From positions 2,414 through 66,413 of the forward strand of contig JBGAQE010000003.1 of assembly GCA_044220885.1 (NCBI GenBank): 64,000 nt of DNA, in the 5' to 3' direction. Of this stretch, positions 19,166 to 28,095 are shown piece after piece (the first letter of the stretch is position 1; each line of letters begins with the position of its first letter). Under the pieces are notes generated by a model. The model was not told the origin of the DNA. It was given only the letters and a program-made list of their open reading frames with translations, and did not search any database. This DNA is from Chitinophagaceae bacterium. GTDB lineage: Bacteria > Bacteroidota > Bacteroidia > Chitinophagales > Chitinophagaceae. The position numbers were made by a program, and so were the translations under genes.

Positions 19166-19510
19166 CTAATTCTTAAGTATTGTAATCTCAGGTGACTCTA
19201 TATATTTTGTATCTACTGTTCTGCCTTGCTCTACTACACCTCCATCATAGGGTTTAATAGCCTTTATGATAGTTACCTTACCTTTTACCTGAACAGTTTT
19301 ACCATGCAACTCCCTTATTCTATCATGACTGATATTGACAACGTAGTCATTCAAATAAATTCCCTCTTTAGTGGCCCGAAGTGTATCGATCTTTGCTATA
19401 AAGGTTACACTCTTCTTAGACTTTACTTTATGAATATCCCCACCCACTACTTTTTGGGCTTGCGTCAACTGAGCAAATAAAATAAATAAAAGAAGTATTA
19501 GTGATTTCAT
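19166..19510 (-). CDS. Small secreted hypothetical protein (OB-fold-like)
   Basis: Signal peptide ending AQ; HGKTVQVKGKV. Confidence 0.6.
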   Translation of the reverse strand: MKSLILLLFILFAQLTQAQKVVGGDIHKVKSKKSVTFIAKIDTLRATKEGIYLNDYVVNISHDRIRELHGKTVQVKGKVTIIKAIKPYDGGVVEQGRTVDTKYIESPEITILKN

Positions 19511-19518
19511 AATAGTTG

Positions 19519-19935
19519 TTATTTCTTTATTGTAAAGCCAACTGGAGCTTTTAACTCATCTTTATCATACATATTCAGATAAAGATAAACCGGAGAAGCT
19601 TGACCGCTCCATGTAACTTCATATCGATCTAAAAAACCAGCGCCCATAAGTCCATTGGGTGTTTTAAATGAACAACAACTTCCAACCCTTACATAAGAAA
19701 TTGATTCACCGTTAGGCCCTGCCAGTGCATCCAAATACTTTCTCTCATTCGCTGGACCACTTCCTGTACCACCCACTTTTATAGGATTTTCTTGTGTAAA
19801 TCCATAAGTTTTATCGGTTGAAACTGTAGTTACTGATGTAGAATTCTTATTTGAAGTACCACTTGTACCTTTTGAGCTTTTGCATGCAGAAATTAGCATC
19901 ATTCCGATTGTGAGAAACAATAGTACTTTCTTCAT
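19519..19935 (-). CDS. Conserved Bacteroidota lipoprotein
   Basis: Lipobox ISAC; YGFT..NPIKVGG, ERKYLDALAGPNG, GSCC.F.TPN and LYLNMYD. Confidence 0.8.
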   Translation of the reverse strand: MKKVLLFLTIGMMLISACKSSKGTSGTSNKNSTSVTTVSTDKTYGFTQENPIKVGGTGSGPANERKYLDALAGPNGESISYVRVGSCCSFKTPNGLMGAGFLDRYEVTWSGQASPVYLYLNMYDKDELKAPVGFTIKK

Positions 19936-20099
19936 AAAATATATTTTACTGAATGAGATGATATTTTAACTACCATAAATATACGCAGTTACACAGATTA
20001 ACTCAAATTAATATACATCTGATTATCAGAATTTTAACAGATTAAGATAGGTATAGTAGTTAGATTTACTATATTTCACAAAATGTGAAATACTACCAA

Positions 20100-20495
20100 T
20101 TACATAAGCATGGGTATTATTTCTAAAAGCTGCATCCGCAAATCATTACTATCACTGTAAATAATCTGAAAATCGCTGCTGCCCGCAACCGTCGTTGAAT
20201 GCTCCGTGTCTTTTTGTCGAAGGTAGATAACGGTTTTGCCCTTCCCTTTTGCATATCCTACTTCAACTCCTATTCCAATGCCCTTTTCAGAGGTTTCAGC
20301 TATTAAAATATCGCAATTGTCAATTTCTTCCATTGCCTTTTGCATCATTTCGCGTTCCTGTGCAATCTCAAACCGATACTTATCAACAAAAACCAAAGCG
20401 TCAATTGAATTTTCGGTCAAGACCTTACTGATAGTGCCTATCTCACTATTTAATAACTTCCTGTTCTTAAAACTAACCGAAATATATGCTTTCAT
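20100..20495 (-). CDS. Nucleoside 2-deoxyribosyltransferase / deoxyribonucleotide N-hydrolase-like protein
   Basis: KAYIS, IDNCDILIAE.S..GIGIGVEVGYA...GK.VI. Confidence 0.8.
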   Translation of the reverse strand: MKAYISVSFKNRKLLNSEIGTISKVLTENSIDALVFVDKYRFEIAQEREMMQKAMEEIDNCDILIAETSEKGIGIGVEVGYAKGKGKTVIYLRQKDTEHSTTVAGSSDFQIIYSDSNDLRMQLLEIIPMLM

Positions 20496-20619
20496 AATCC
20501 CATTATTCATTAAGAAAATAAAGTGCCAGGTATTCTGTACTAATAAAGTTATGAAAACGGAAGGCAGTCTGATATCCAGAAATAAGAATACTTATTAAAT
20601 AAGGTGACTAGAAAGATGC

Positions 20620-21192
20620 CTACTTATTGGCGTTTCTGATTTCTTCTAATTCGTTTGAATCCAGCCCTGATTTCGCCAAAAGTTCCAGAATGAATTCTGT
20701 TTTCTGAATAGTGTATTTCTCTCTGCTCATGTTCTTCTGGTTTACTAAACCCATCTTTAATTGCGAGTATCTCGCTACGAGTTGACTATCATTCAACAAC
20801 GCATCCCTGATAAGTAAATGGTTCTTCAATGCAATACTATCGCTGTAACAAACATATAAATGATGGGATTGCTTTTTAGTGTTAGGATCAGTAAAAGGAA
20901 CATATTCAGAACTTTGCCTGAAAGCAAATCTGCCAGGAATACCTTGGTCTCCTCTGTTTATATATCCTAAGTCTTGTAGATGTGTTGTAATAGAACTCAG
21001 TAAAGATTTATCTTTTATTATAATGTCTATGTCCAAAATCGGCTTTGCCACCATACCGGGAATGGCTGTGCTACCTACATGTTGTATATCTATAGCAGTA
21101 GAATATTCTTTTAAAGCATTATTCAAAACCATCTTTATGGCATCAAATGATTGCTTCCATTGAGGATTATATTCTTCTATAAGATCTTTCAT
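20620..21192 (-). CDS. GrpB family protein (nucleotidyltransferase-like)
   Basis: YNPQW...F, IQHVGSTAIPGMVAKPILDID, HHLYV, RDAL and Y...KT.FI. Confidence 0.9.
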   Translation of the reverse strand: MKDLIEEYNPQWKQSFDAIKMVLNNALKEYSTAIDIQHVGSTAIPGMVAKPILDIDIIIKDKSLLSSITTHLQDLGYINRGDQGIPGRFAFRQSSEYVPFTDPNTKKQSHHLYVCYSDSIALKNHLLIRDALLNDSQLVARYSQLKMGLVNQKNMSREKYTIQKTEFILELLAKSGLDSNELEEIRNANK

Positions 21193-21223
21193 TAAATATG
21201 TCCGAATATTTCTTGAAGATAGA

Positions 21224-21670
21224 TTAGGACCTCGCGAGTCTTGTATTATGTCTTAGCATCAGAACAAATGTGCCCAGCAACATTACCAAATTACTGCCCA
21301 TCCAAAGCCAATATCCCAATTTATAGGCTATAATTTGATGCTTTTGTCCTGCTTCATTGGCAATAACAGTATCAAATAGCAGGAATGAAAGGGAAAGCAG
21401 AGCAGCTGCTACACTTAAGAACATGGACAATTTCAGGTTTTTCCTAAGCATAATCCAGGAAGCAAATAAAAGCGGGTTTGCCAGCCAGGAAATTCCGGCT
21501 CCACCCGACAACAATGCAGCCCAACCCAATAAGAATGCCATAATAGAATCGCCACATTCGGAGGTGGTGCAATAGCATTTCTGGGTTAGAGAAATTATAA
21601 ATAAGCTGATACTTGTAATTAAGATATATCTCTTAAACCTTGCATCCACTGAAATATGTAATGGGTCCAT
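21224..21670 (-). CDS. Hypothetical membrane protein
   Basis: WLANP and GYWLW motifs; 4 TM. Confidence 0.7.
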   Translation of the reverse strand: MDPLHISVDARFKRYILITSISLFIISLTQKCYCTTSECGDSIMAFLLGWAALLSGGAGISWLANPLLFASWIMLRKNLKLSMFLSVAAALLSLSFLLFDTVIANEAGQKHQIIAYKLGYWLWMGSNLVMLLGTFVLMLRHNTRLARS

Positions 21671-21680
21671 ATTACTTAAA

Positions 21681-22556
21681 CTATTTAATAAGATACTTAA
21701 TCTTTAATTCAAGAATATATTGAATTTCTTTCCTGGGGTTACCCTCATCAATAACCTTATCAAAAGCCGAAACACTTACACCTTCGAAATAAAATGTTGA
21801 TTTCTTATTCAAATCCTTTTTTATCATATCAGAACCATAATCTACAGAAGAGGATTCAAATGCTTCGAAAGATTCATAATTATTTTCTGGGTAAACCGCA
21901 TAAAAGTTCTCACTATAAGGAATACTATCTTTTATTAGTCTTACTGATGTAAAATTTGAAAATTGCTTTTTCTTGTTATCAATAACCACCATCGCCTCCT
22001 TAACAAGTTGATTGTACACTCTTTGTTTATCGCTTATGATATGCTTAACAGCTACCAGATCATAGATACCTAATGTGGCAGCTATTTCAAAAACCTTTTC
22101 AAATTTCTTTATGTCTTTCAATTGAATAACAACATTCTTTTTTACCAAAAATCCTGACAAGAATTGTGTAGCAATATTCCCGGCAACTTTATAATCATAC
22201 ACTTTTGTTTGGGATATAAAATCAACATACATCTCATTCTCAAGAATACCTTCTTTCTTCAGTAGGTTTTTAAAGTCATTTACCTGCTTATTGATATTAT
22301 CGTTGGCAATCTTTGGAGTAGCACCTGATTTATCCAGTCCGTATGTTAATACATATTCATCAGCATATGTATTGAGTAATATTTTAGCACTAAATACAAT
22401 AGCCGAATCCGAAATAGCTATATAATTGGTATTATCTTCTGAGTTTTTCTTATTATTTCTATATCTATCAGAATATGCAACATTACCCAAGACAGCCTGA
22501 CCGAAGATGAAAGTAATATTGACCAGGAAAACTGCAAGAAGTAGTACTTGTTTCAT
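21681..22556 (-). CDS. SIMPL (DUF541) domain protein
   Basis: Signal peptide; ADEYVL.Y, YVDFISQTKVYDY and GF.VKKNV.I typical of Bacteroidota SIMPL proteins. Confidence 0.75.
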   Translation of the reverse strand: MKQVLLLAVFLVNITFIFGQAVLGNVAYSDRYRNNKKNSEDNTNYIAISDSAIVFSAKILLNTYADEYVLTYGLDKSGATPKIANDNINKQVNDFKNLLKKEGILENEMYVDFISQTKVYDYKVAGNIATQFLSGFLVKKNVVIQLKDIKKFEKVFEIAATLGIYDLVAVKHIISDKQRVYNQLVKEAMVVIDNKKKQFSNFTSVRLIKDSIPYSENFYAVYPENNYESFEAFESSSVDYGSDMIKKDLNKKSTFYFEGVSVSAFDKVIDEGNPRKEIQYILELKIKYLIK

Positions 22557-22827
22557 AAATAAGTCATTTTAGTGGGGCCATATAAATATACGTAATAGCA
22601 ATATACCTTTCAAAAAACCGCCATCAGGTCCATTTAATTTATATGTATAGTAGGGTAAGCCAAAGTTCGCATATTGCTGGCTTTGAATCAGATCTGAATT
22701 TTTAGTACTTTGGGGAAATGAAGGTGGGACTATTTGTAGGTTTAAGGTATTAGTAAACCCTTCAAGAATTGCGGGTTCAAAACTTATAACGTATTACTTA
22801 AAACGTACAACTTCTATATATTTTTTT

Positions 22828-23130
22828 AACACATAGGAACATAGGCACATAGTCTAATTCGGAATTTTCCTATTGTATTCTATGTCTCTATGTGCCTATA
22901 TGTTCGGCTGTTCTTTTAAAGGAAACTCAGTAGCCGGGAAAACGGTAAAGCGGGAAGCTGATTTAAGTAGTTTAGTGCGAGGTTCGGGCTTTGGTGGTAA
23001 ATAATCTTCTATGTCCTACTATATTCTATGTCTCTTTGTGGAATAAATTTTTTAACACATAGGAACATAGGCACATAGTCTAATTCGGAATTTTCCTATT
23101 GCATTCTATGTTCCTATGTGCCTATGTGTT
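22828..23130. repeat. Two near-identical 77-bp hairpin elements (22828-22904, 23054-23130), 226 bp apart
   Basis: aacacataggaacataggcacatag-loop-ctatg(tt/tc)(c/t)ctatgtgcctat(g/a)tgtt; arms are made of three 8-9-bp sub-repeats. Confidence 0.85.
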
Positions 23131-23230
23131 CATTTCTTTAAATAAATATGAAGGAATAAACCAGATAGGAAATTCACCTGCGTCTCCGCGTCTCTGCGGT
23201 AAAAAAAACGATTCCAAAAATTATACCCCC

Positions 23231-24436
23231 CTATTTCTTCCCCGAAAGAGCATTTGCTTTTACTTGTAATTCATCTATCTCCAATAATAACGCCGCCTGC
23301 TCTTCTTCCAAAGCCTTCAACTGCTGCCACTGCTCTTTCAATGCCTGAATAGCTAATACCCCGAAATATTTATAGTTCATCGTATTGAGATCGTCAGTAA
23401 CAGGCCCTTTACGGTTGAAGTCACTTATCACCCTAACAGCTCCCGGAAATAGTTTTCGCACATCTTGAGCTATAAAACCGATGGATCGTATATGATCAGG
23501 ATTCTCTCCTGTCATTTCATAAGAAACAGGAGATAATTGTTTAAGTCTTGAAAGCACTGGCTCCATCGGCTGTATACTGTTTTTTAATCTGCGATCTGAA
23601 TTGATCCAATAATTGCCTTCAGCCCAATAAAATCCCATTTTATAAGATCCCTGATAGGAAAAGCCTAAATTAAACCCTACCTCATTTGTTACAAACTTTA
23701 ATTTAAGTCGCAAGTCCTGAGTCCAGCTCTTACCATTTATATCAACTAAGGAAAGTGGATCAATTACCAGGCCCGACCAACTCTGTTCAATTTCTACTGT
23801 GCTACTATTTGTAGAGACCGGTCTATTGATGAATAACCGAGTATTGCCATTTCCAATTAATAGATCTCCGCCCGTTAGATTGCTTAAATATACCTTTGAA
23901 CTGTCTTTTCCGGGCCGTATATAGGTGTCTTCCGCTATGCTGTAATTGAATTGTGAACTATAAGTACCTCCCTGAAATACAGCGGTACCTTCTATACCAT
24001 CCCCACGTAGAACTGCCAGTGAAGCATTTGCAATAGTTGCTCGAATACCTACATTTCCAGTAGGATAAAATGTCATAGCCCTGATACCCACAGGAGTGAA
24101 ACCATTGCCGGCACCAGATGGAAACATATCAATCGCCATTACTCCTGTAGTTGGATCCATATATTGAATGGCAGCAAAACCATTTGTCATATATCTACCT
24201 TGGGTAAAAGGCGTGTTCTCGTCTCTATATTGGTTGAAACCAATAGTTGGCCAATTTTGCTGAATAGAAATACCAGCTCCCCCAACACCAAAAATACCAC
24301 TGGTACTACCTGCACCAGCAACACCAAACACTTCCAGCTTTGCTCTGTTAGGGGTTATAGTATTAATTCCTACGTTTTGGGCAACTATGGAAATACTAGT
24401 AAGACAAATAAATAAACTGAAGGCCGTATTTTTCAT
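23231..24436 (-). CDS. Secreted tail-fibre-like protein with C-terminal Peptidase_S74 intramolecular chaperone, paralogue 3
   Basis: Signal peptide AQ; NVGIN..P; SDRRLK...L.PV.Y...IGFIAQDV..LFP plus coiled coil. Confidence 0.85.
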   Translation of the reverse strand: MKNTAFSLFICLTSISIVAQNVGINTITPNRAKLEVFGVAGAGSTSGIFGVGGAGISIQQNWPTIGFNQYRDENTPFTQGRYMTNGFAAIQYMDPTTGVMAIDMFPSGAGNGFTPVGIRAMTFYPTGNVGIRATIANASLAVLRGDGIEGTAVFQGGTYSSQFNYSIAEDTYIRPGKDSSKVYLSNLTGGDLLIGNGNTRLFINRPVSTNSSTVEIEQSWSGLVIDPLSLVDINGKSWTQDLRLKLKFVTNEVGFNLGFSYQGSYKMGFYWAEGNYWINSDRRLKNSIQPMEPVLSRLKQLSPVSYEMTGENPDHIRSIGFIAQDVRKLFPGAVRVISDFNRKGPVTDDLNTMNYKYFGVLAIQALKEQWQQLKALEEEQAALLLEIDELQVKANALSGKK

Positions 24437-24468
24437 CGTTTCTGATTAATTCGGTGAACAAGGAAATG

Positions 24469-25659
24469 CTAAGGGATTTGACGATTGGTGGAAAGCAAAC
24501 TGTTCTCTAGTAATTTCATCTTCCGTTCTATCTCCGATGATTGCTGCTCGAGCGCATTTATTTTCAACTGCTCCTCTTGTATTCCCTTAATAGCTAATAC
24601 TTGAAATCCAGTATACTTAACCGAAAGCATTTCTGTTTCATTCCCTTTAGCTACTAATTGTGGAAACAGTTCGTCTACCTGTTGCGCAATGAAACCAGTC
24701 GTCCTAAAATGTGTGGGATTATCTGCTTTCATTTCATAGGTTACAGGTTCAAGAAGAACAATCCTGTCAATCAATGAAGGCAGGGACTCGATGTTCTTCT
24801 TCAATCTATTATCGGAAAGAGCAGTAAGAGTGCCATCGATATTACTAAATGATGTAGTAGCCGCATTATTATAAAAAGCATATAGATGGTACGGGTTTGC
24901 TCCAACTTTCCATTCCCAGGAGTATTCAATCCCTATTCTGTTAATCACCATCTTAATGCCAGTTCCATTTATCTGTCTTACTTCAAAAGGATACTGCGGA
25001 TCAGGTGCGTTAACACCTACCCTGGAGCCAGTACTACCAATAATTATATCTCCTTTATAGAGGTCATTGATAAAGACCCTGCTGCCCAATCGACCACCCC
25101 GTATATATGTATTTTCAGCTGTCCTGAAATTGAAAAATGAAGTAAATGTAGTACCCGAAAATGCTGCCGTTCCATCAATTCCAGTACCTCTTCCAACTAT
25201 TAAGGAAGCTGGTGGTTCGGTAGACAATCTGTCTCCATTTATAAAGAATTGGAAATCGAACATCGAAAACATTTTGGTACCTGAAGGGAGTACAGAACCA
25301 GCAGCTCCATTTGGGAATGATGATATGACGAACCCAGATGGTGTTAAAGCATCATCATAGTTCATTGATATCATTGCTGAATAACCAATATTCATTTTTC
25401 GGCCTCTGTATCCTGAAGTAGTACTGTCGCGATACATATTAAACCCTATCGCTGGAAAATCTTTCATAAATGAAATACCCTGCTCTCCACCGAACATGGC
25501 ACTGGTAGTGCCCACTCCAGAAGCTCCATGTACTTCTAGCAGTGCTCTTTTGGGATTTGTAATACCAATACCCATAGACTGTGAAATGGATTGAATTGGT
25601 AGTAATGAGCAAAAGAAAATGCTACAAACAAGTTTGATATATATTGTTGGATTCTTCAT
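24469..25659 (-). CDS. Secreted tail-fibre-like protein with Peptidase_S74 chaperone, paralogue 2
   Basis: Signal peptide SQ; MGIGITNP; SDNRLK...GFIAQQVDELFP. Confidence 0.85.
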   Translation of the reverse strand: MKNPTIYIKLVCSIFFCSLLPIQSISQSMGIGITNPKRALLEVHGASGVGTTSAMFGGEQGISFMKDFPAIGFNMYRDSTTSGYRGRKMNIGYSAMISMNYDDALTPSGFVISSFPNGAAGSVLPSGTKMFSMFDFQFFINGDRLSTEPPASLIVGRGTGIDGTAAFSGTTFTSFFNFRTAENTYIRGGRLGSRVFINDLYKGDIIIGSTGSRVGVNAPDPQYPFEVRQINGTGIKMVINRIGIEYSWEWKVGANPYHLYAFYNNAATTSFSNIDGTLTALSDNRLKKNIESLPSLIDRIVLLEPVTYEMKADNPTHFRTTGFIAQQVDELFPQLVAKGNETEMLSVKYTGFQVLAIKGIQEEQLKINALEQQSSEIERKMKLLENSLLSTNRQIP

Positions 25660-25663
25660 ATAG

Positions 25664-26836
25664 TTAATTTGTAGAATTCATTGTGGCTAGATTTTTCTTT
25701 ACAGCTTCAATTCGTAACCTAAGTGCTGCATTTTGATCTTGTAACTTCTTGACTTTATCCTGTTGCTCCTGAATAGCTTTTATGGCAATAGGTCCCAGAG
25801 CATCATATTTCATCATATGTAAATCGGGAATATCCGGATATCCAAGCGTAGTATCCTGTATAATTGTTATCAGTTCAGGAAAAAGGGCATTTACTTCCTG
25901 TGCAATAAAACCAATGGATTTTTGATTATCAGAACTTTCAGATTTCATATTGTATTCTACAGGACGCAATCGCATCACTTTATCCAGCAAGCTTGGCAAA
26001 GGAGTTATATCCGTCTTAAACCTTTTATCTGAAAGTTGATACCAGTCGCCATCAATATGAAAAAAATTACCTCTGTACATTTCATTATAATAAAGATATT
26101 GATCCGACCCTGGCTCCGTCAGATTCTTAGTTACAGAAAACTCCCAATTACTGAAACTGACAGGATTCACTAATATTAACCCTCTGTTGTTAGCTGACTG
26201 CCCAATTTCAAGGGATGCTTGAGGGCTAGAACGGTTGATTCCGATTTTACTGGTTCCATTTCCCATGTATACATTCCCCAAAGTAGCCTGGTCATTTATC
26301 AGTACATCAGCTAAATCAATACCACCATTTATTGCAGTTGATTGATCGATTTGATTTATAAATGTTGACTTGTACTTTGTACCCTTCAAGTAGCATGTAG
26401 CAGAACTAGATGTACTAATATTTTTAACGAAAAGGCTCGCATTCTGTTCTAATCCATTAAGTGTTACATTCCCATTTTGACGGATTGTCATATTCCCGAG
26501 ATTTATCAAAGGGGGAGTATTAGGGCCCGTATTCGTATTATAGAAATTAAACATCATGCTGCCTGTAGTAGTATTGAGATATTGAAGTAAACTTATCCCA
26601 CTCCCTAAAACCCTTGGCGAACTGGTATCATACTGGTTATAACCGATACCCGGAAAGTTGCGTTGCAGGGAGATACCCTTTCCATCACCTCCATAAATAG
26701 CGGTCGTTTTTCCTACTCCACCATTTATTTGTAGACGACCTAGTGTAGGATTAGCCACCCCTATGCCAACATACTGAGAGTAGCTGTTGACAAAATGTAA
26801 GCTGGCAATCAAAATGCAGAATAATCGAATTTTCAT
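25664..26836 (-). CDS. Secreted tail-fibre-like protein with Peptidase_S74 chaperone, paralogue 1
   Basis: Signal peptide SQ; VGIGVANP; SDKRFK...IGFIAQEVNALFP. Confidence 0.85.
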   Translation of the reverse strand: MKIRLFCILIASLHFVNSYSQYVGIGVANPTLGRLQINGGVGKTTAIYGGDGKGISLQRNFPGIGYNQYDTSSPRVLGSGISLLQYLNTTTGSMMFNFYNTNTGPNTPPLINLGNMTIRQNGNVTLNGLEQNASLFVKNISTSSSATCYLKGTKYKSTFINQIDQSTAINGGIDLADVLINDQATLGNVYMGNGTSKIGINRSSPQASLEIGQSANNRGLILVNPVSFSNWEFSVTKNLTEPGSDQYLYYNEMYRGNFFHIDGDWYQLSDKRFKTDITPLPSLLDKVMRLRPVEYNMKSESSDNQKSIGFIAQEVNALFPELITIIQDTTLGYPDIPDLHMMKYDALGPIAIKAIQEQQDKVKKLQDQNAALRLRIEAVKKNLATMNSTN

Positions 26837-27007
26837 ATACTTCAGTTAAGGTCAAACAATCCAAATTTTAATAAAAATAAGATGCCATATTCCGGCATTT
26901 CCTAAACGGTATGGCTATATGTATTTCCGGTGGTATAATTATGGCTAACCCAAATACATATTACCGGATTAATGTGTTGGGCATTATGGATTTACAGGTA
27001 CTCCTAA

Positions 27008-27054
27008 ATACAAAACCGCAGAAACTTTCGTTTGAAAACGAAGGCTTCCACGGT
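27008..27054 (-). terminator. Intrinsic terminator downstream of the DUF4242 gene
   Basis: Minus-strand stem ACCGUGGAAGCCUUCGUUU/AAACGAAAGUUUCUGCGGU followed by UUUGUAU. Confidence 0.55.
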
Positions 27055-27143
27055 AACTAACAGGTCTGGGTTAATGGATTAGATTGTGTATGAACCTCAA
27101 TAGAGCGTTAAGAACTGATTATAAATAATGTAAAGAATTTCGC

Positions 27144-27797
27144 TTACTGGCCTTGTTTAACAGTAAGTACATAAGCTGGCACCAATCCATGCGCTTCCTG
27201 ATGTGTTTTCTTAATTGCATTGGAATCTGAAGCTTCAGATAAGCACATCACAACACCTTTCTTCTCATCCACCCAATAATTCACGAAATTGACGCCATTC
27301 TTTCCTTGAACTGCCAGATCTTTTTCGTGAGCACCAGCAACATCTTTCGCAGTCACTTTCCCAGCACCTAATTCATGAACATCAAGATATATGTTCTTAT
27401 TCCCCGAGAACGCAGCCTCTGTTCCCTCACTAACCTGATAAATTGAAGAAGGCAGTAATCCATGGGCTTCCTTATGAGTAGCGGTAATATCTTCTTCCTT
27501 ATGAGCTTGAGAAAGACAATAGACTTTCCCTTTTGCCTCATCTACCCAGTACTTCACGAATTTCACATCATATTTTCCCTGCGTAGCCAAATCCTTTTCA
27601 TGAGCACCCTTAACTGCATCAAATGTCACTTTGCCTGGCTCTAAGTCGTGTACATCTATATAATATGAAGCAGGCACGGTTGTGTCCTGACTAACTGTAG
27701 TTTTGGCAACAGCTTCTTCCGAAGCCTTATTACTTTCCTCCGAACAAGAATTGATAGCTAAAATGCTAAAAAGAAAAGCTGAATGGCAAAGTTTCAT
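27144..27797 (-). CDS. Lipoprotein with two tandem DUF4242 (SCO4226-like nickel-binding) domains
   Basis: Start MKLCH at 27797, lipobox INSC; two copies of Y.DVH...VT...V..AHEKDLA.Q....V.F..YWVDE..G...CLS.A......THxEAHGL.P. Confidence 0.88.
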   Translation of the reverse strand: MKLCHSAFLFSILAINSCSEESNKASEEAVAKTTVSQDTTVPASYYIDVHDLEPGKVTFDAVKGAHEKDLATQGKYDVKFVKYWVDEAKGKVYCLSQAHKEEDITATHKEAHGLLPSSIYQVSEGTEAAFSGNKNIYLDVHELGAGKVTAKDVAGAHEKDLAVQGKNGVNFVNYWVDEKKGVVMCLSEASDSNAIKKTHQEAHGLVPAYVLTVKQGQ

Positions 27798-27913
27798 TTC
27801 TGATTGATTTGAAGATGTTTTGAAATTCCCCATCCAATTCAAGAGGCTCCACTGAATTAAAATGGTGAATGAAAATAATTTATATGACCTTGTATTAATA
27901 TCCATTTTCATTA

Positions 27914-27944
27914 CCGGTAGCGATTACTGTATGTCCGGTAGTGA
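27914..27944 (-). promoter_or_regulatory. Probable LytTR binding site (21-bp-period direct repeat)
   Basis: ccggtagcga at 27914 and ccggtagtga at 27935, between the DUF4242 gene and the divergent LytS/LytTR pair. Confidence 0.6.
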
Positions 27945-28095
27945 AATATTGATAAAGTTCAGCTTGCTTTTACATACACTTTATTTGACCCAAATTCTTT
28001 AGCTTTCTGCATCATTATATACGAGATAAATAAGTCGGGATAAGGAATTTTGTCTTATTATAGTAGCTTCAAATAATGACTGAATCAAAAAAAGA

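Noticed and set aside
23231-26836. Prophage or tailocin
   Set aside because: Only the fibre/S74 genes are present, all with Sec signal peptides; there are no structural, lysis or integration genes.
27008-27110. Long stem-loop as a riboswitch or ncRNA
   Set aside because: It lies downstream of a stop codon and has a U-rich tail, which fits an intrinsic terminator; no aptamer consensus was recognised.
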